Shown: piece after piece, positions 1-8,748 of the stretch
How positions within the stretch are numbered: the first letter of the stretch is position 1
How the letters are laid out: every line of letters begins with the position of its first letter
DNA from: Thiobacillus sp.
Lineage (GTDB): Bacteria; Pseudomonadota; Gammaproteobacteria; Burkholderiales; Thiobacillaceae
Assembly (NCBI GenBank): GCA_035428045.1
Contig: DAOMCT010000001.1
Coordinates: forward strand, 162,899-226,898
Length of the DNA: 64,000 nt
Direction: 5' to 3'
The notes under the pieces: model-generated
Database searches by the model: none
What the model was told of the DNA's origin: nothing
Seen by the model: only the letters and a program-made list of their open reading frames with translations
Translations under genes and position numbers: made by a program

Positions 1-324
1 GACCTCGAATGACGTATTGCTTTCCAGCGCCGCGTGAATGGTTCGGCTGACGTCGTCGCGGTCCTCCGGCAGGGTGATCTGGTCATACGACACGCGGGTG
101 TTGAACACCAGTTCGGCGGGCCGGTAGCCGGTCAGCTTGTGGCATCCCTCGCTGACATATTCCATGGTCCAGATGGCATCCACCCGGCAGCGGTAGAGCA
201 TGCCGACCAGGTTGTCCGTGATCGTGGTGAGCAGGCGCGTGACGTCGAGCGGCGCATCGACCTCCGTTTTGTCTGCTTCGCCCGTCTGCGCGGGCGCAAG
301 CTTGATGGCCGGATTCAGAGTCAT
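1..324 (-). CDS. PAS-domain signalling protein, N-terminal part (runs off the window edge)
   Basis: Manual translation from ATG at 324: MTLNPAIK...DNLVGMLYRCRVDAIWTMEYVSEGCHKLTGYRPAELVFNTRVSYDQITLPEDRDDV..., a typical PAS_3 pattern. Open to position 1; absent from the ORF track. Confidence 0.75.
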   Translation of the reverse strand, partial: MTLNPAIKLAPAQTGEADKTEVDAPLDVTRLLTTITDNLVGMLYRCRVDAIWTMEYVSEGCHKLTGYRPAELVFNTRVSYDQITLPEDRDDVSRTIHAALESNTSFEV

Positions 325-720
325 GTTGTGTGATCCCGGACCCGCGACCCATGTTGGGGTCAGACGTTTCCAGGCTGGATCTCCTCTGTGGCGCGCTGCC
401 CGAAAGCGGGACCGGCCGTTCCGGTGTCCGCCTCGCGCGCTGCGCATGAATGGCTGATGCAGCCGACTGCGTTCGCGCATCCCTCCGTCTGGCTTAAGCA
501 ACTCCTGTTCCAGTTGCGCGCCAAGGCCCGGTGTGCTGCGAGCCGCATGCGTGCCTGGGCTTGCCGGGGGCGGCATTGTGCCGATTGGCCGGGCCGCAGC
601 GGCGTGCCCCGGGCTGGTGCGGCTTGTCGCCTGGCGCGCACCAGATTGGACCGATGCAATGCGGCCTTTTGTATTGGAGTGCTTTTCGGTAGGCTTCGCG
701 CTACTTTCCGGAAACCACCC

Positions 721-1638
721 ATGCACTTCACCCCCGAATCCTTCCGCGCCTGGCCCACCAAGCGCATCACCCTGCTCGGCATGTCGGGCGTCGGCAAGAC
801 GCACATTTCGTCCATGCTGCGCGGCCACGACTGGTTTCATTTTTCTGGCGACTACCGCATCGGTACGCGCTACCTCGACGAACCCATCCTCGACCTGATC
901 AAGCAGCAGGCGATGCAGGTGCCGTTTTTGCGCGACCTGTTGCGCAACGACTGGATCGACATCAAGAACAACATCAAGATCCACGATCTGGGGCCGGTGC
1001 TCACTTTCGTCGGCAAGCTCGGCGGGCCGGAGTGGGGCGGCCTGAGCCTGGACGAGTTCTCGCGGCGGCAGGCCGCCTACCGCGAGGCCGAAATCGCGGC
1101 GATGCGCGATGTTCCGGCCTTCATTCGCAAGGGCCAGGAGATCTACGGCTACCCGCACTTCGTCAACGACGTCGGCGGCAGCCTGTGCGAACTCGACGAG
1201 CCCGGCGTCGTTGAATTGCTGGCCGAACACACGCTGATCCTCTACATCCAGACCACCACGCGCGAAGAAGAGGACACGCTGATCCGGCGCGCGCAGTCCG
1301 ACCCCAAGCCGCTGTATTTTCGCCCGGCGTTTCTGGCCGAACAGCTGCCGGTCTACCGCAAGGAAAAAGGCATCGAATACGTGGCGCAGATCGAGCCCAA
1401 CGACTTTGCGCGCTGGGTGTTCCCGCGCCTGTTCCACTCGCGCCTGCCGCGCTACGAAGCGATTGCCGGGCCGCATGGCTACACCGTGACCTCGCAGGAG
1501 GTGGCGCAGGTGCGCGACGAGCGCGACTTTCTGGCGCTGCTGGAAACCGCGATTGCAAGAAAGGGGTCAGGGGTCAGCACTCTGACGGGCATGAAGGGTC
1601 AGGATTCAGGGGGAACGCATGCCGCTGGTCGCGCATAA
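721..1638 (+). CDS. Uncharacterised P-loop ATPase/kinase-fold protein coupled to metA
   Basis: Walker A GMSGVGKT. Start taken as ATG 721 because the upstream in-frame extension looks non-coding. Overlaps the metA start by 20 nt. Confidence 0.8.
   Translation: MHFTPESFRAWPTKRITLLGMSGVGKTHISSMLRGHDWFHFSGDYRIGTRYLDEPILDLIKQQAMQVPFLRDLLRNDWIDIKNNIKIHDLGPVLTFVGKLGGPEWGGLSLDEFSRRQAAYREAEIAAMRDVPAFIRKGQEIYGYPHFVNDVGGSLCELDEPGVVELLAEHTLILYIQTTTREEEDTLIRRAQSDPKPLYFRPAFLAEQLPVYRKEKGIEYVAQIEPNDFARWVFPRLFHSRLPRYEAIAGPHGYTVTSQEVAQVRDERDFLALLETAIARKGSGVSTLTGMKGQDSGGTHAAGRA
1561..1615 (+). repeat. TCAGNNN/TCAGGGG heptamer short tandem repeat with a small hairpin
   Basis: gggg-tcagggg-tcagcac-tctgac...ggg-tcaggat-tcagggg; hairpin gtcag-cact-ctgac. 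Same unit as at 26793-26835. Confidence 0.55.
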
Positions 1639-2671
1639 CGCCCTGCCCACCTTCGACCGCCTGCGTCGCGACGGCATCACGGTGCTGTCGACCGCGCGCG
1701 CGGCCAATCAGGAAATCCGCGAGCTGCACGTCGGCCTGCTGAACATGATGCCGGATGCTGCGCTGGAAGCGACCGAGCGCCAGTTTTACCGGCTGGTCGG
1801 CGAATCCAACCCGATCGCGCAGTTTTACATGCACCCGTTCACCCTGCCGGCGTTGCCGCGTGGCGCGGCGGCGCAGGCGCATATCGCGCAGTTCTACGAA
1901 TCGTTTGAGGACATCCGTGCCGGCGGGCTGGATGCGCTCATCATCACCGGCGCCAACGTCAGCCATGCCAACCTCGCCGACGAAGCGTTCTGGCAGCCGC
2001 TGATCGAGGTGATCAACTGGGCCTGGGACAATGTCACCTCGACGCTGTGCTCATGCCTCGCCACCCACGCGGTGATGCAGTTCCGCCACGGCCAGACACG
2101 GGTGAAGCAGCCGCACAAAACCTGGGGCGTGTACGAGCACCGCGTGACCGACGCGCGGCATCCGCTGGTGGCCGACATCAACACCCGCTTCGACGTGCCG
2201 CATTCGCGCTGGAATGATGTTTCAGGCGCGCAGTTCGCGGCGGCGGGCGTCAAGGTGCTGGCCGAAAGCACCGAGGCCGGCGTGCATCTGGCGGTGTCCG
2301 CCGACGGTCTGCGCACCGTGTTTTTCCAGGGCCATCCCGAATACGACACGGTGTCGCTGCTGAAGGAATACAAGCGCGACCTGCTGCTGGCGGCAGCGGG
2401 CAAATTGCCGGCCTTTCCGCCTTTCCCCGCGCGCTACTTCGACCGCCAGGCGCAGGCGCTGCTGCTGGAATATCAGAGTCGTGTGCAGGCGGGCGAGACG
2501 CTCGACTTTCCCGAAGTGCTGCTGCTGCCGCAGCTTGACAACACCTGGCACGACACCGCGGAAGGCGTGATCGGCAACTGGATCGGTTGCGTCTATCAGG
2601 TCACCCACCGCGAGCGCGGCTTGCCGTTCATGCCGGGTATCGACCCGGCCAATCCGCTGGGCCTGGCATGA
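1619..2671 (+). CDS. metA: Homoserine O-acyltransferase, MetA family (probably succinyltransferase)
   Basis: Motifs GLLNMMPDAALEATERQF, IITGANV, catalytic Cys in CSCLA, GHPEY. A small residue rather than Glu follows the TGA motif, consistent with succinyl specificity (inference). Confidence 0.9.
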   Translation: MPLVAHNALPTFDRLRRDGITVLSTARAANQEIRELHVGLLNMMPDAALEATERQFYRLVGESNPIAQFYMHPFTLPALPRGAAAQAHIAQFYESFEDIRAGGLDALIITGANVSHANLADEAFWQPLIEVINWAWDNVTSTLCSCLATHAVMQFRHGQTRVKQPHKTWGVYEHRVTDARHPLVADINTRFDVPHSRWNDVSGAQFAAAGVKVLAESTEAGVHLAVSADGLRTVFFQGHPEYDTVSLLKEYKRDLLLAAAGKLPAFPPFPARYFDRQAQALLLEYQSRVQAGETLDFPEVLLLPQLDNTWHDTAEGVIGNWIGCVYQVTHRERGLPFMPGIDPANPLGLA

Positions 2672-3762
2672 CGGCAGCGGCGGCGCATTTCGACGCAACG
2701 CAGGGCGTGCTGATTGCCAGCGGCGCCTGGCGCGTCGATGCGGCAGCGGCCTTGCCGCGTCTCGACGGACACATCGTGCGCGTGCTCGATGGCACGGCCA
2801 TCACCCAGCTCGACACCAACGGCGCGTGGCTGCTGCTCAACGCCGTACGACCGCAGCCCGACGATCCGCTACCCGAGCTTCGCGGTTTCCAGCCGCGTCA
2901 TCTGTCGCTGCTGAATCTGGTGGCGGAACACGCCGCCACCACGGCCGCGCGCATCGAACCACCGCGCGCGGGCTTGCTTGAGACGGTGGGGCGCAGCTCG
3001 TATGCCGTTGCCCGGCACATCAGCGGACTGGTTCGCTTCATCGGCCAGCTCACGCTCGAGCTGGGGCAGTTGATACGCAAGCCGGAAAACTGGCGCTGGC
3101 GCGAGCTGGGCGCGCAGGTGAGCACGGTGTTCGTCGGCGCGATCCCGATCGTGATCGGCATGATGTTCCTGCTCGGCGTGGTGTTCGCCTACCTGCTGGG
3201 TTCGCAGGCGCAGCAATACGGTGCCAGCATTTTTGTTGTCGATGGCCTGCTGCTGGCCATCCTGCGCGAAATTTCACCGGTCATCGTCGCCGTCCTGGTG
3301 GCCGGGCGCACGGGGGCGGCCATCACGGCGCAGCTCGGCACCATGAAAGTCAACGAGGAGATCGACGCCATCACCACGCTCGGCCTGTCGCCGTTGGCGG
3401 TGCTGGTGATCCCGCGCATCCTCGCCCTGCTGATCGCCCTGCCGCTGCTGGTGTTCATCGGCGACATCGCCGGCGTCATTGGCGGCATGCTGGTGGCGCA
3501 GGCGCAGCTGGATATTTCGACCTACATGTTCGTGGACCGGATGGAGAGCGTGCTGCGCCTGAAAACCCTTATGGTGGGGATTTTGAAGGGGCCGGTCTTC
3601 GCGGTGTTCATCGCCCTGATTGCCTGCCGCATGGGCCTGTCGGTCAGCCGCGACGCCAGCAGCGTCGGCGCCCACACCACGTCGACCGTGGTGCAAAGCC
3701 TGGTCGCCATCATCATTCTCAACGCGATTTTTGCCGTGATGTTCGTGCGGATGGATATCTGA
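2668..3762 (+). CDS. MlaE-family ABC permease with N-terminal STAS-like domain
   Basis: LLREISPV...AGRTGAAITAQLGTMKVNEEIDA motif; N-terminal LDGTAITQLDTNGA; ATGA overlap with metA. Confidence 0.9.
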   Translation: MTAAAAHFDATQGVLIASGAWRVDAAAALPRLDGHIVRVLDGTAITQLDTNGAWLLLNAVRPQPDDPLPELRGFQPRHLSLLNLVAEHAATTAARIEPPRAGLLETVGRSSYAVARHISGLVRFIGQLTLELGQLIRKPENWRWRELGAQVSTVFVGAIPIVIGMMFLLGVVFAYLLGSQAQQYGASIFVVDGLLLAILREISPVIVAVLVAGRTGAAITAQLGTMKVNEEIDAITTLGLSPLAVLVIPRILALLIALPLLVFIGDIAGVIGGMLVAQAQLDISTYMFVDRMESVLRLKTLMVGILKGPVFAVFIALIACRMGLSVSRDASSVGAHTTSTVVQSLVAIIILNAIFAVMFVRMDI

Positions 3763-4529
3763 TGAGCGAAACCGTGCTCGACGTGCGCGACATCCACACC
3801 ACGCTGGGCGGCAACAGCATCCATCGCGGCCTGAGCCTGACGGTTGCGCGTGGCGAAGTCATTGCGCTGATCGGCGGCAGCGGCACCGGAAAATCCGTAT
3901 TGCTGCGTGAAATCATCGGCCTGCTCAAACCGCAGGCGGGTCACATCAAGCTGTTCGGCGAATCCGTGCTGGACAGCACGCCCGCACAGATGAATCAGCT
4001 GCGGCAGCGTTTTGGCGTGCTGTTTCAGGATGGCGCGCTGTTTTCCTCACTGTCGGTGGAAGACAACGTCGCCACGCCGCTGTTTGAGCACACCGACCTG
4101 CCGCATCCCCTGTGCCGCCAGCTGGCACGCCTGAAGCTGGCGCTGGCCGGGTTGCCGGCGGACGTCGGGATCAAGCGGCCGAGCGAGCTTTCTGGTGGCA
4201 TGCGCAAGCGCGTGGCGCTGGCGCGCGCGCTGGTGCTCGACCCCGAACTGCTGTTTCTGGATGAGCCGACCTCCGGTCTCGACCCGATTTCGGCGCGCGC
4301 TTTCGATACCTTGATCCGCCTGCTGGCCGACAACCTGGGACTCACCGTATTCCTCGTCACCCACGACTTGGATACACTCTTTTCAATTATCGATCGCGTC
4401 ATTGTGCTGGCGGACGGTCGCGTACTCGGCAGCGGCACGGTGGCCGAACTGAAACAGTTCGACGACCCGTGGCTGAACGATTACTTTTCCGCGCGCGCGC
4501 GGGAGGAAGAAACCCTAGATGGAAACTGA
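3762..4529 (+). CDS. MlaF-like ABC transporter ATP-binding protein
   Basis: GGSGTGKS, LSGGMRKRVALARA, LFLDEPT, VTHD motifs. Confidence 0.93.
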   Translation: MSETVLDVRDIHTTLGGNSIHRGLSLTVARGEVIALIGGSGTGKSVLLREIIGLLKPQAGHIKLFGESVLDSTPAQMNQLRQRFGVLFQDGALFSSLSVEDNVATPLFEHTDLPHPLCRQLARLKLALAGLPADVGIKRPSELSGGMRKRVALARALVLDPELLFLDEPTSGLDPISARAFDTLIRLLADNLGLTVFLVTHDLDTLFSIIDRVIVLADGRVLGSGTVAELKQFDDPWLNDYFSARAREEETLDGN

Positions 4530-5463
4530 AGGACGCTACACCCTGGTGGGGTTGCTGGTACTGCTGGTGGCCGCGCTGATGACGCTGGCCATTGTGTGGC
4601 TGGTGGGCGCGGCCGGTACCAGCGCCTATCAGAACTACGCCATTTCTTTCAAGAAACAATCGCTCGACGGACTGGCCGTCGGCGGCCCGGTCAAAATGCG
4701 CGGCATCGATGTTGGCACCGTTGCGGATTTCGATTTCGTCAGTAACGGTGACGAAGCCGTTGCAGTGATCGTCCGGGTAGATGTGGATCTGAAAATCCAT
4801 CGTGGCGCAGAGGCCTACGTCAAACGTAATCTGGTCACCGGCATTGCCGCGATTGAAATCGTCAACGGCCCGAAAACCGCGCCCGTGCTGGAGGCTGCCC
4901 CAGGCGAACGTTATCCGCTCATCGCCGAGGGCAGTTCGGATATCGACAAGGTGGCCGTGACCTTGGCGAAACTGGCAGACAGCGGGGAGGCGATCATGGA
5001 GCAAATGAGCCTGGTGCTGTCGGAGAAAAACCAGCGCGCATTCAGCCAGGCACTGGCCAATCTAAACGCACTGTCCGGTCAGCTCGCTGCCGACAAGAAT
5101 GGTCTTAAAGACGTGTTGGTGGGAGTACGCGAAGCCTCGGACCAACTCCGCATCACCAGCGCCAGCATCGGGCAGGCGACCACCCGGGTCGAAGGCAGCC
5201 TCGTCGGCGTCGCCAATAATGCCGATGCCGCTTTGAAACAGGCTGTCGTCTCGATGGAGAAACTCGAACGTGACGCCAGCCAGATTTCCGCAAACATCCA
5301 GCAGCTCAGCGACACCGGCACGCTGGAAATGGTTCGGCTCAGCAGCGACGTGCGCACCACCTCCGATACCCTCACCACCACCGGACAGCGCTTGTCCGAC
5401 CCGCGCGCCATCCTGTTCGGCCCGGCGAAACAGCAGCTCGGCCCCGGAGAAAAACTGCCATGA
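4519..5463 (+). CDS. MCE (MlaD) domain protein with a long helical C-terminus
   Basis: N-terminal TM anchor, GLAVGGPVKMRGIDVGTV MCE motif, coiled-coil tail ending DPRAILFG. Confidence 0.9.
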   Translation: METEGRYTLVGLLVLLVAALMTLAIVWLVGAAGTSAYQNYAISFKKQSLDGLAVGGPVKMRGIDVGTVADFDFVSNGDEAVAVIVRVDVDLKIHRGAEAYVKRNLVTGIAAIEIVNGPKTAPVLEAAPGERYPLIAEGSSDIDKVAVTLAKLADSGEAIMEQMSLVLSEKNQRAFSQALANLNALSGQLAADKNGLKDVLVGVREASDQLRITSASIGQATTRVEGSLVGVANNADAALKQAVVSMEKLERDASQISANIQQLSDTGTLEMVRLSSDVRTTSDTLTTTGQRLSDPRAILFGPAKQQLGPGEKLP

Positions 5464-6077
5464 AAATCGCTCACGCCCGCATTGGGCTGATCCTGCTCGC
5501 AGCGAGCAGCGCGCTCAGCGGCTGCCTCAACCTGGGGGGGGCGATGAAAGCCCCGACCGTGGTGTATTACGTGCTGAACGATGCCGGTCCTGCAGCGCCC
5601 GCTGCACCCGTCGTGCCATTGCCCGCTCCCGTGCTGCGGGTGCTCGATACCACCACCGGTAATTTCTACGATACCGAGCAGCTGGTTTTCAGCCGCAGCC
5701 CCGACACCCGCGGCCTGTATCAGTATGCGCGCTGGACCGAACGTCCTGGAAAACGCTTCACCGAACTGATGCGCGCCCGCCTCGAACGCCAGGGCAGCTG
5801 GAGCGTTAGCGGCGGTGCCTCTGTGCGCGCCGACTGGCAGCTCGACACCGAACTGGTCGAGTTTTATCACGACGCCGTCAGCGAACCGGGGCAGGTGCGG
5901 CTGCTGCTGCGCGCCGCTGTCATCGACATCAAGCAGCGCACCGTGCTGGGGCAGCGCGTGTTCGAACAGCAGGTGCCGCTCGAACGTTACGATGCCGCCG
6001 CCGCCGCCCAGGCTTCCAGCCTGGCGGTCAGCCGCCTGCTGGACGAATTGACCCCCTGGCTCGCCAGTCTCAAATAA
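5460..6077 (+). CDS. ABC-transport auxiliary outer-membrane lipoprotein (PqiC-like)
   Basis: Lipobox LSGC; YARWTERP motif; last gene of the MCE operon. Confidence 0.8.
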   Translation: MKIAHARIGLILLAASSALSGCLNLGGAMKAPTVVYYVLNDAGPAAPAAPVVPLPAPVLRVLDTTTGNFYDTEQLVFSRSPDTRGLYQYARWTERPGKRFTELMRARLERQGSWSVSGGASVRADWQLDTELVEFYHDAVSEPGQVRLLLRAAVIDIKQRTVLGQRVFEQQVPLERYDAAAAAQASSLAVSRLLDELTPWLASLK

Positions 6078-6138
6078 GTGCCTACAATTCGTAAGGCATT
6101 TCCCGGGTTCGAATGCCCACAAAATTAGGAGAGAGACC

Positions 6139-6567
6139 ATGAAACGCCTGCTTGCTGCCCTGTTGCTGAGTTCCGTTGCTGCCGTTGCCCACGCTGAAAT
6201 TTCGCAAAAATTCGGCAACCTCGAAATCCATTACAACGCGCTGACCACCGACGAGCTGTTGCCCGAAGTCGCCCGCGCCTACAAGATCGAGCGTAGCAAG
6301 ACGCGCGGCATGGTGACCGTATCGGTGCTGAAGAAGAACAAGGTCGGCGCGCCGACCCCGGTGCCGGCCAAACTTACTATCTATGCGACCAACCTCACCC
6401 AGCAGCTGTCCAATGTCAGCATGCGTGAAATCAAGGAGGGCACGGCGATTTACTACCTCGGCGAATTCCGCGTTACGCCGCCGGATACGCTGAAATTTAC
6501 CGCCACCGTCGAAGTGGCCGGTGAACCCAAATACGAAATGACCTTCGACCAGAAGTTCTTCAAGTAA
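6139..6567 (+). CDS. DUF4426-like exported protein
   Basis: Signal peptide; IHYNAL...L.PEVARAYKIERS...IYYLGEF...F.QKFF pattern; RBS aggagag. Confidence 0.75.
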   Translation: MKRLLAALLLSSVAAVAHAEISQKFGNLEIHYNALTTDELLPEVARAYKIERSKTRGMVTVSVLKKNKVGAPTPVPAKLTIYATNLTQQLSNVSMREIKEGTAIYYLGEFRVTPPDTLKFTATVEVAGEPKYEMTFDQKFFK

Positions 6568-6569
6568 GC

Positions 6570-6611
6570 CAGTCACCAAACAGCCCCGCATGCGGGGCTG
6601 TTTGGTGACTG
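6570..6611. terminator. 42-bp perfect palindrome, probable bidirectional terminator
   Basis: cagtcaccaaacagccccgc-at-gcggggctgtttggtgactg, between convergent genes. Confidence 0.8.
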
Positions 6612-6634
6612 TAGTGAAGAGGCCAGGCGGGTAA

Positions 6635-7315
6635 TCAGGTCTTCGCCAGCGCCGTGTACGCCAGATGCCCCAGCCCCCACACCCCAAAGCCCGCCACCGT
6701 CAGACCCGCCGCGCGGCGCACCCACAGCTGCTGCATGAACGGCTGCATCTGCCGCGCGAACAGGCCCATGCCCAGCAAATTCGGCAGCGTGCCAATGCCG
6801 AACGCCAGCATCAGTGCCGCACCCGAAGTGGCGCTGCCCGCCGCCAGCGCGGAGACCAGCACCGAATACACCAGCCCGCACGGCAGCCAACCCCAGGCCA
6901 TACCCGCCAGCAGCGCCTGCGGCAGCGACTTCACCGGCAAGAGTTTCTGGAACAGTGGCTTGATCCAGTTCCACACCGCGCCGCCGGCGCGCTCGAACAC
7001 CAGCACCCACTGATTGAATCCGGCCAGATACAGGCCGAGCAGAATCATCACGAACTGCGCCAGCACAAACAGCAGCGTCTGCACCGGCATGAACCCGGCG
7101 AGCTTCAGCGACGCGCCAAGCGTGCCAGCCAGCGCGCCGAACATCACGTATGAACTTACCCGCCCCAGGTTGTAGGCCAGATGCAGGCGAAACGGCGGCG
7201 TGCTGCCGTCGGCGCGGAAGGAAAACGCCGCGACAATGCCGCCGCACATGCCGACGCAATGCACGCCGCCGAGCAGACCGGCGAGCAGTGCGGTGAGTAG
7301 GGAGAGTTCAATCAT
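6635..7315 (-). CDS. DsbD_2/TauE-like membrane protein (heavy-metal or cytochrome maturation type)
   Basis: HCVGMCG and GWLPCGLVY motifs, several TM helices; 4-bp overlap with ampG. Confidence 0.8.
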   Translation of the reverse strand: MIELSLLTALLAGLLGGVHCVGMCGGIVAAFSFRADGSTPPFRLHLAYNLGRVSSYVMFGALAGTLGASLKLAGFMPVQTLLFVLAQFVMILLGLYLAGFNQWVLVFERAGGAVWNWIKPLFQKLLPVKSLPQALLAGMAWGWLPCGLVYSVLVSALAAGSATSGAALMLAFGIGTLPNLLGMGLFARQMQPFMQQLWVRRAAGLTVAGFGVWGLGHLAYTALAKT

Positions 7316-8670
7316 GTTTGTTTATGGTTTCGGGATACCAGCCACACCAGCAGCAGCACCGGCACCCCGATTGCCGCTGTGCCGGTAAAGAAATTGGCCC
7401 AACCCCAGGCATCGACGAACTCGCCGGAAAAACCCGCGATGAACTTGGGCAGCAGCAGCATTACCGAGGTGAACAGCGCGTACTGCGTGGCGGAGTAGGC
7501 CTGGTTGACCAGACTGGACAGATACGCGACGAAGGCCGACGAGGCGATACCCGCCGAGAGGTTGTCGGCCGACACCGTGAACACCAGCGCGCTGACATCG
7601 TGGCCGCGCCCGGCCAGCCAGACGAACAGCAGGTTGGTCGCAGCCGACAGCACCGCACCAAGAAACAGCGTGCGCATCACGCCGATCCGCATCGTCAACA
7701 ATCCGCCGAGCGCTGCGCCGACGATGGTCATGATCACGCCGTAGACTTTCGACACGGTGGCCACCTCGTCCTTGGTGAAGCCCAGCTCCTGATAGAAGGG
7801 ATTGCTCATCACGCCCATCACCACGTCCGAGATGCGGTAGGTTGCGATCAGCGCCAGCATCAGCAGCGCCTGCCACTTGTAGCGCTGGATGAAATCGATG
7901 AAGGGCGACAGCACCGCACTGTAGAACCAGGCTGTGGCCGTCAGCAGCCAGCCAGACAGCCCGGCGGCGGCGAAGCGTTCGCGGGTGTGTGCCTCGCGCT
8001 CAGTGGTGACGGTGGAAATCTGCTTTTCCGGTTCGCGGATGATCAGCGTGGTCAGCATGCCGACCACCATCAGCGCCGCCATCACCGTGTAGGCCACCTG
8101 CCAGGGACGGAAATCGTAGGTCGCCTCGCTCGGGTCGAACGCCGCCGCGATCCACAGCGCGCCCGCGCCGGCGGTAATCATCGCGATGCGGTAGCCCGCC
8201 TGATAGGTTGCCGCCATCGCGCCCTGCTTCTCGGCTTCCACCGCCTCGATCCGGTAGGCGTCGAGCGCGATGTCCTGCGTCGCCGAGGCGAAGGCCACCG
8301 CCAGCGCGAAGAACACCATGTGCGTCAGATCCAGCACCGGATCGGTGTTCGCCATCCCCAAGAGTGCGGCGGCAATGCAGACCTGCGACAGCAGTAACCA
8401 CGCCCGTCGCTTGCCCAGCATGCGCGTAAGGAAAGGTAGCGGCAGCCGGTCCACCAGCGGCGACCACAAAAACTTGAAGCCGTACGCCAGCCCCACCCAG
8501 CTCAAGTGCCCGATCGTGGCTCGCGCGATCCCCGCTTCGGAGAGCCAGAACGACAGCGTTCCCAGCACCAGCAGCAGCGGCAGCCCGGCGGAAAAGCCGA
8601 GAAACAGCATGCCGACGACGCGTGGGTGGGTGTAGACCTTGAGAGCATTGAGCCAGGGGTGGGTGGCCAT
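7312..8670 (-). CDS. ampG: AmpG muropeptide MFS transporter
   Basis: LGFSAGLP, KFLWSPLVD, SATQDIALDAYRIE, YSATQYALFTS motifs. Confidence 0.92.
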   Translation of the reverse strand: MATHPWLNALKVYTHPRVVGMLFLGFSAGLPLLLVLGTLSFWLSEAGIARATIGHLSWVGLAYGFKFLWSPLVDRLPLPFLTRMLGKRRAWLLLSQVCIAAALLGMANTDPVLDLTHMVFFALAVAFASATQDIALDAYRIEAVEAEKQGAMAATYQAGYRIAMITAGAGALWIAAAFDPSEATYDFRPWQVAYTVMAALMVVGMLTTLIIREPEKQISTVTTEREAHTRERFAAAGLSGWLLTATAWFYSAVLSPFIDFIQRYKWQALLMLALIATYRISDVVMGVMSNPFYQELGFTKDEVATVSKVYGVIMTIVGAALGGLLTMRIGVMRTLFLGAVLSAATNLLFVWLAGRGHDVSALVFTVSADNLSAGIASSAFVAYLSSLVNQAYSATQYALFTSVMLLLPKFIAGFSGEFVDAWGWANFFTGTAAIGVPVLLLVWLVSRNHKQT

Positions 8671-8748
8671 AAGTGATAGTCCAAATGTGAGGCTAGTGAG
8701 TTTTGCCTTAACTAAACAAGTTGCTTAGTTAACGGAAACCTATTTAAG

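Noticed and set aside
361-400. CCAGGCT/GAGGAG words reminiscent of an SAH riboswitch upstream of metA
   Set aside because: The elements are in the wrong order or strand and the site is over 300 bp from the ATPase start; kept only as a generic structured-leader lead.
360-815. 151-aa minus-strand ORF and the 111-aa upstream extension of the ATPase ORF (388-720)
   Set aside because: No recognisable motif, Arg/Ala-rich shadow composition; ATPase-like sequence starts at ATG 721.
5534-5541. G8 run after the lipobox (also G9 at 14557-14565 and C8 in mreB)
   Set aside because: Runs of this length occur by chance at about 65% GC, including in essential mreB; no phase-variation evidence.
6635-7315. 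Literal sulfite-exporter function
   Set aside because: The HCxGMCG/LPCG motifs fit the DsbD_2 thiol or metal-handling group; the TauE label is a loose family name.
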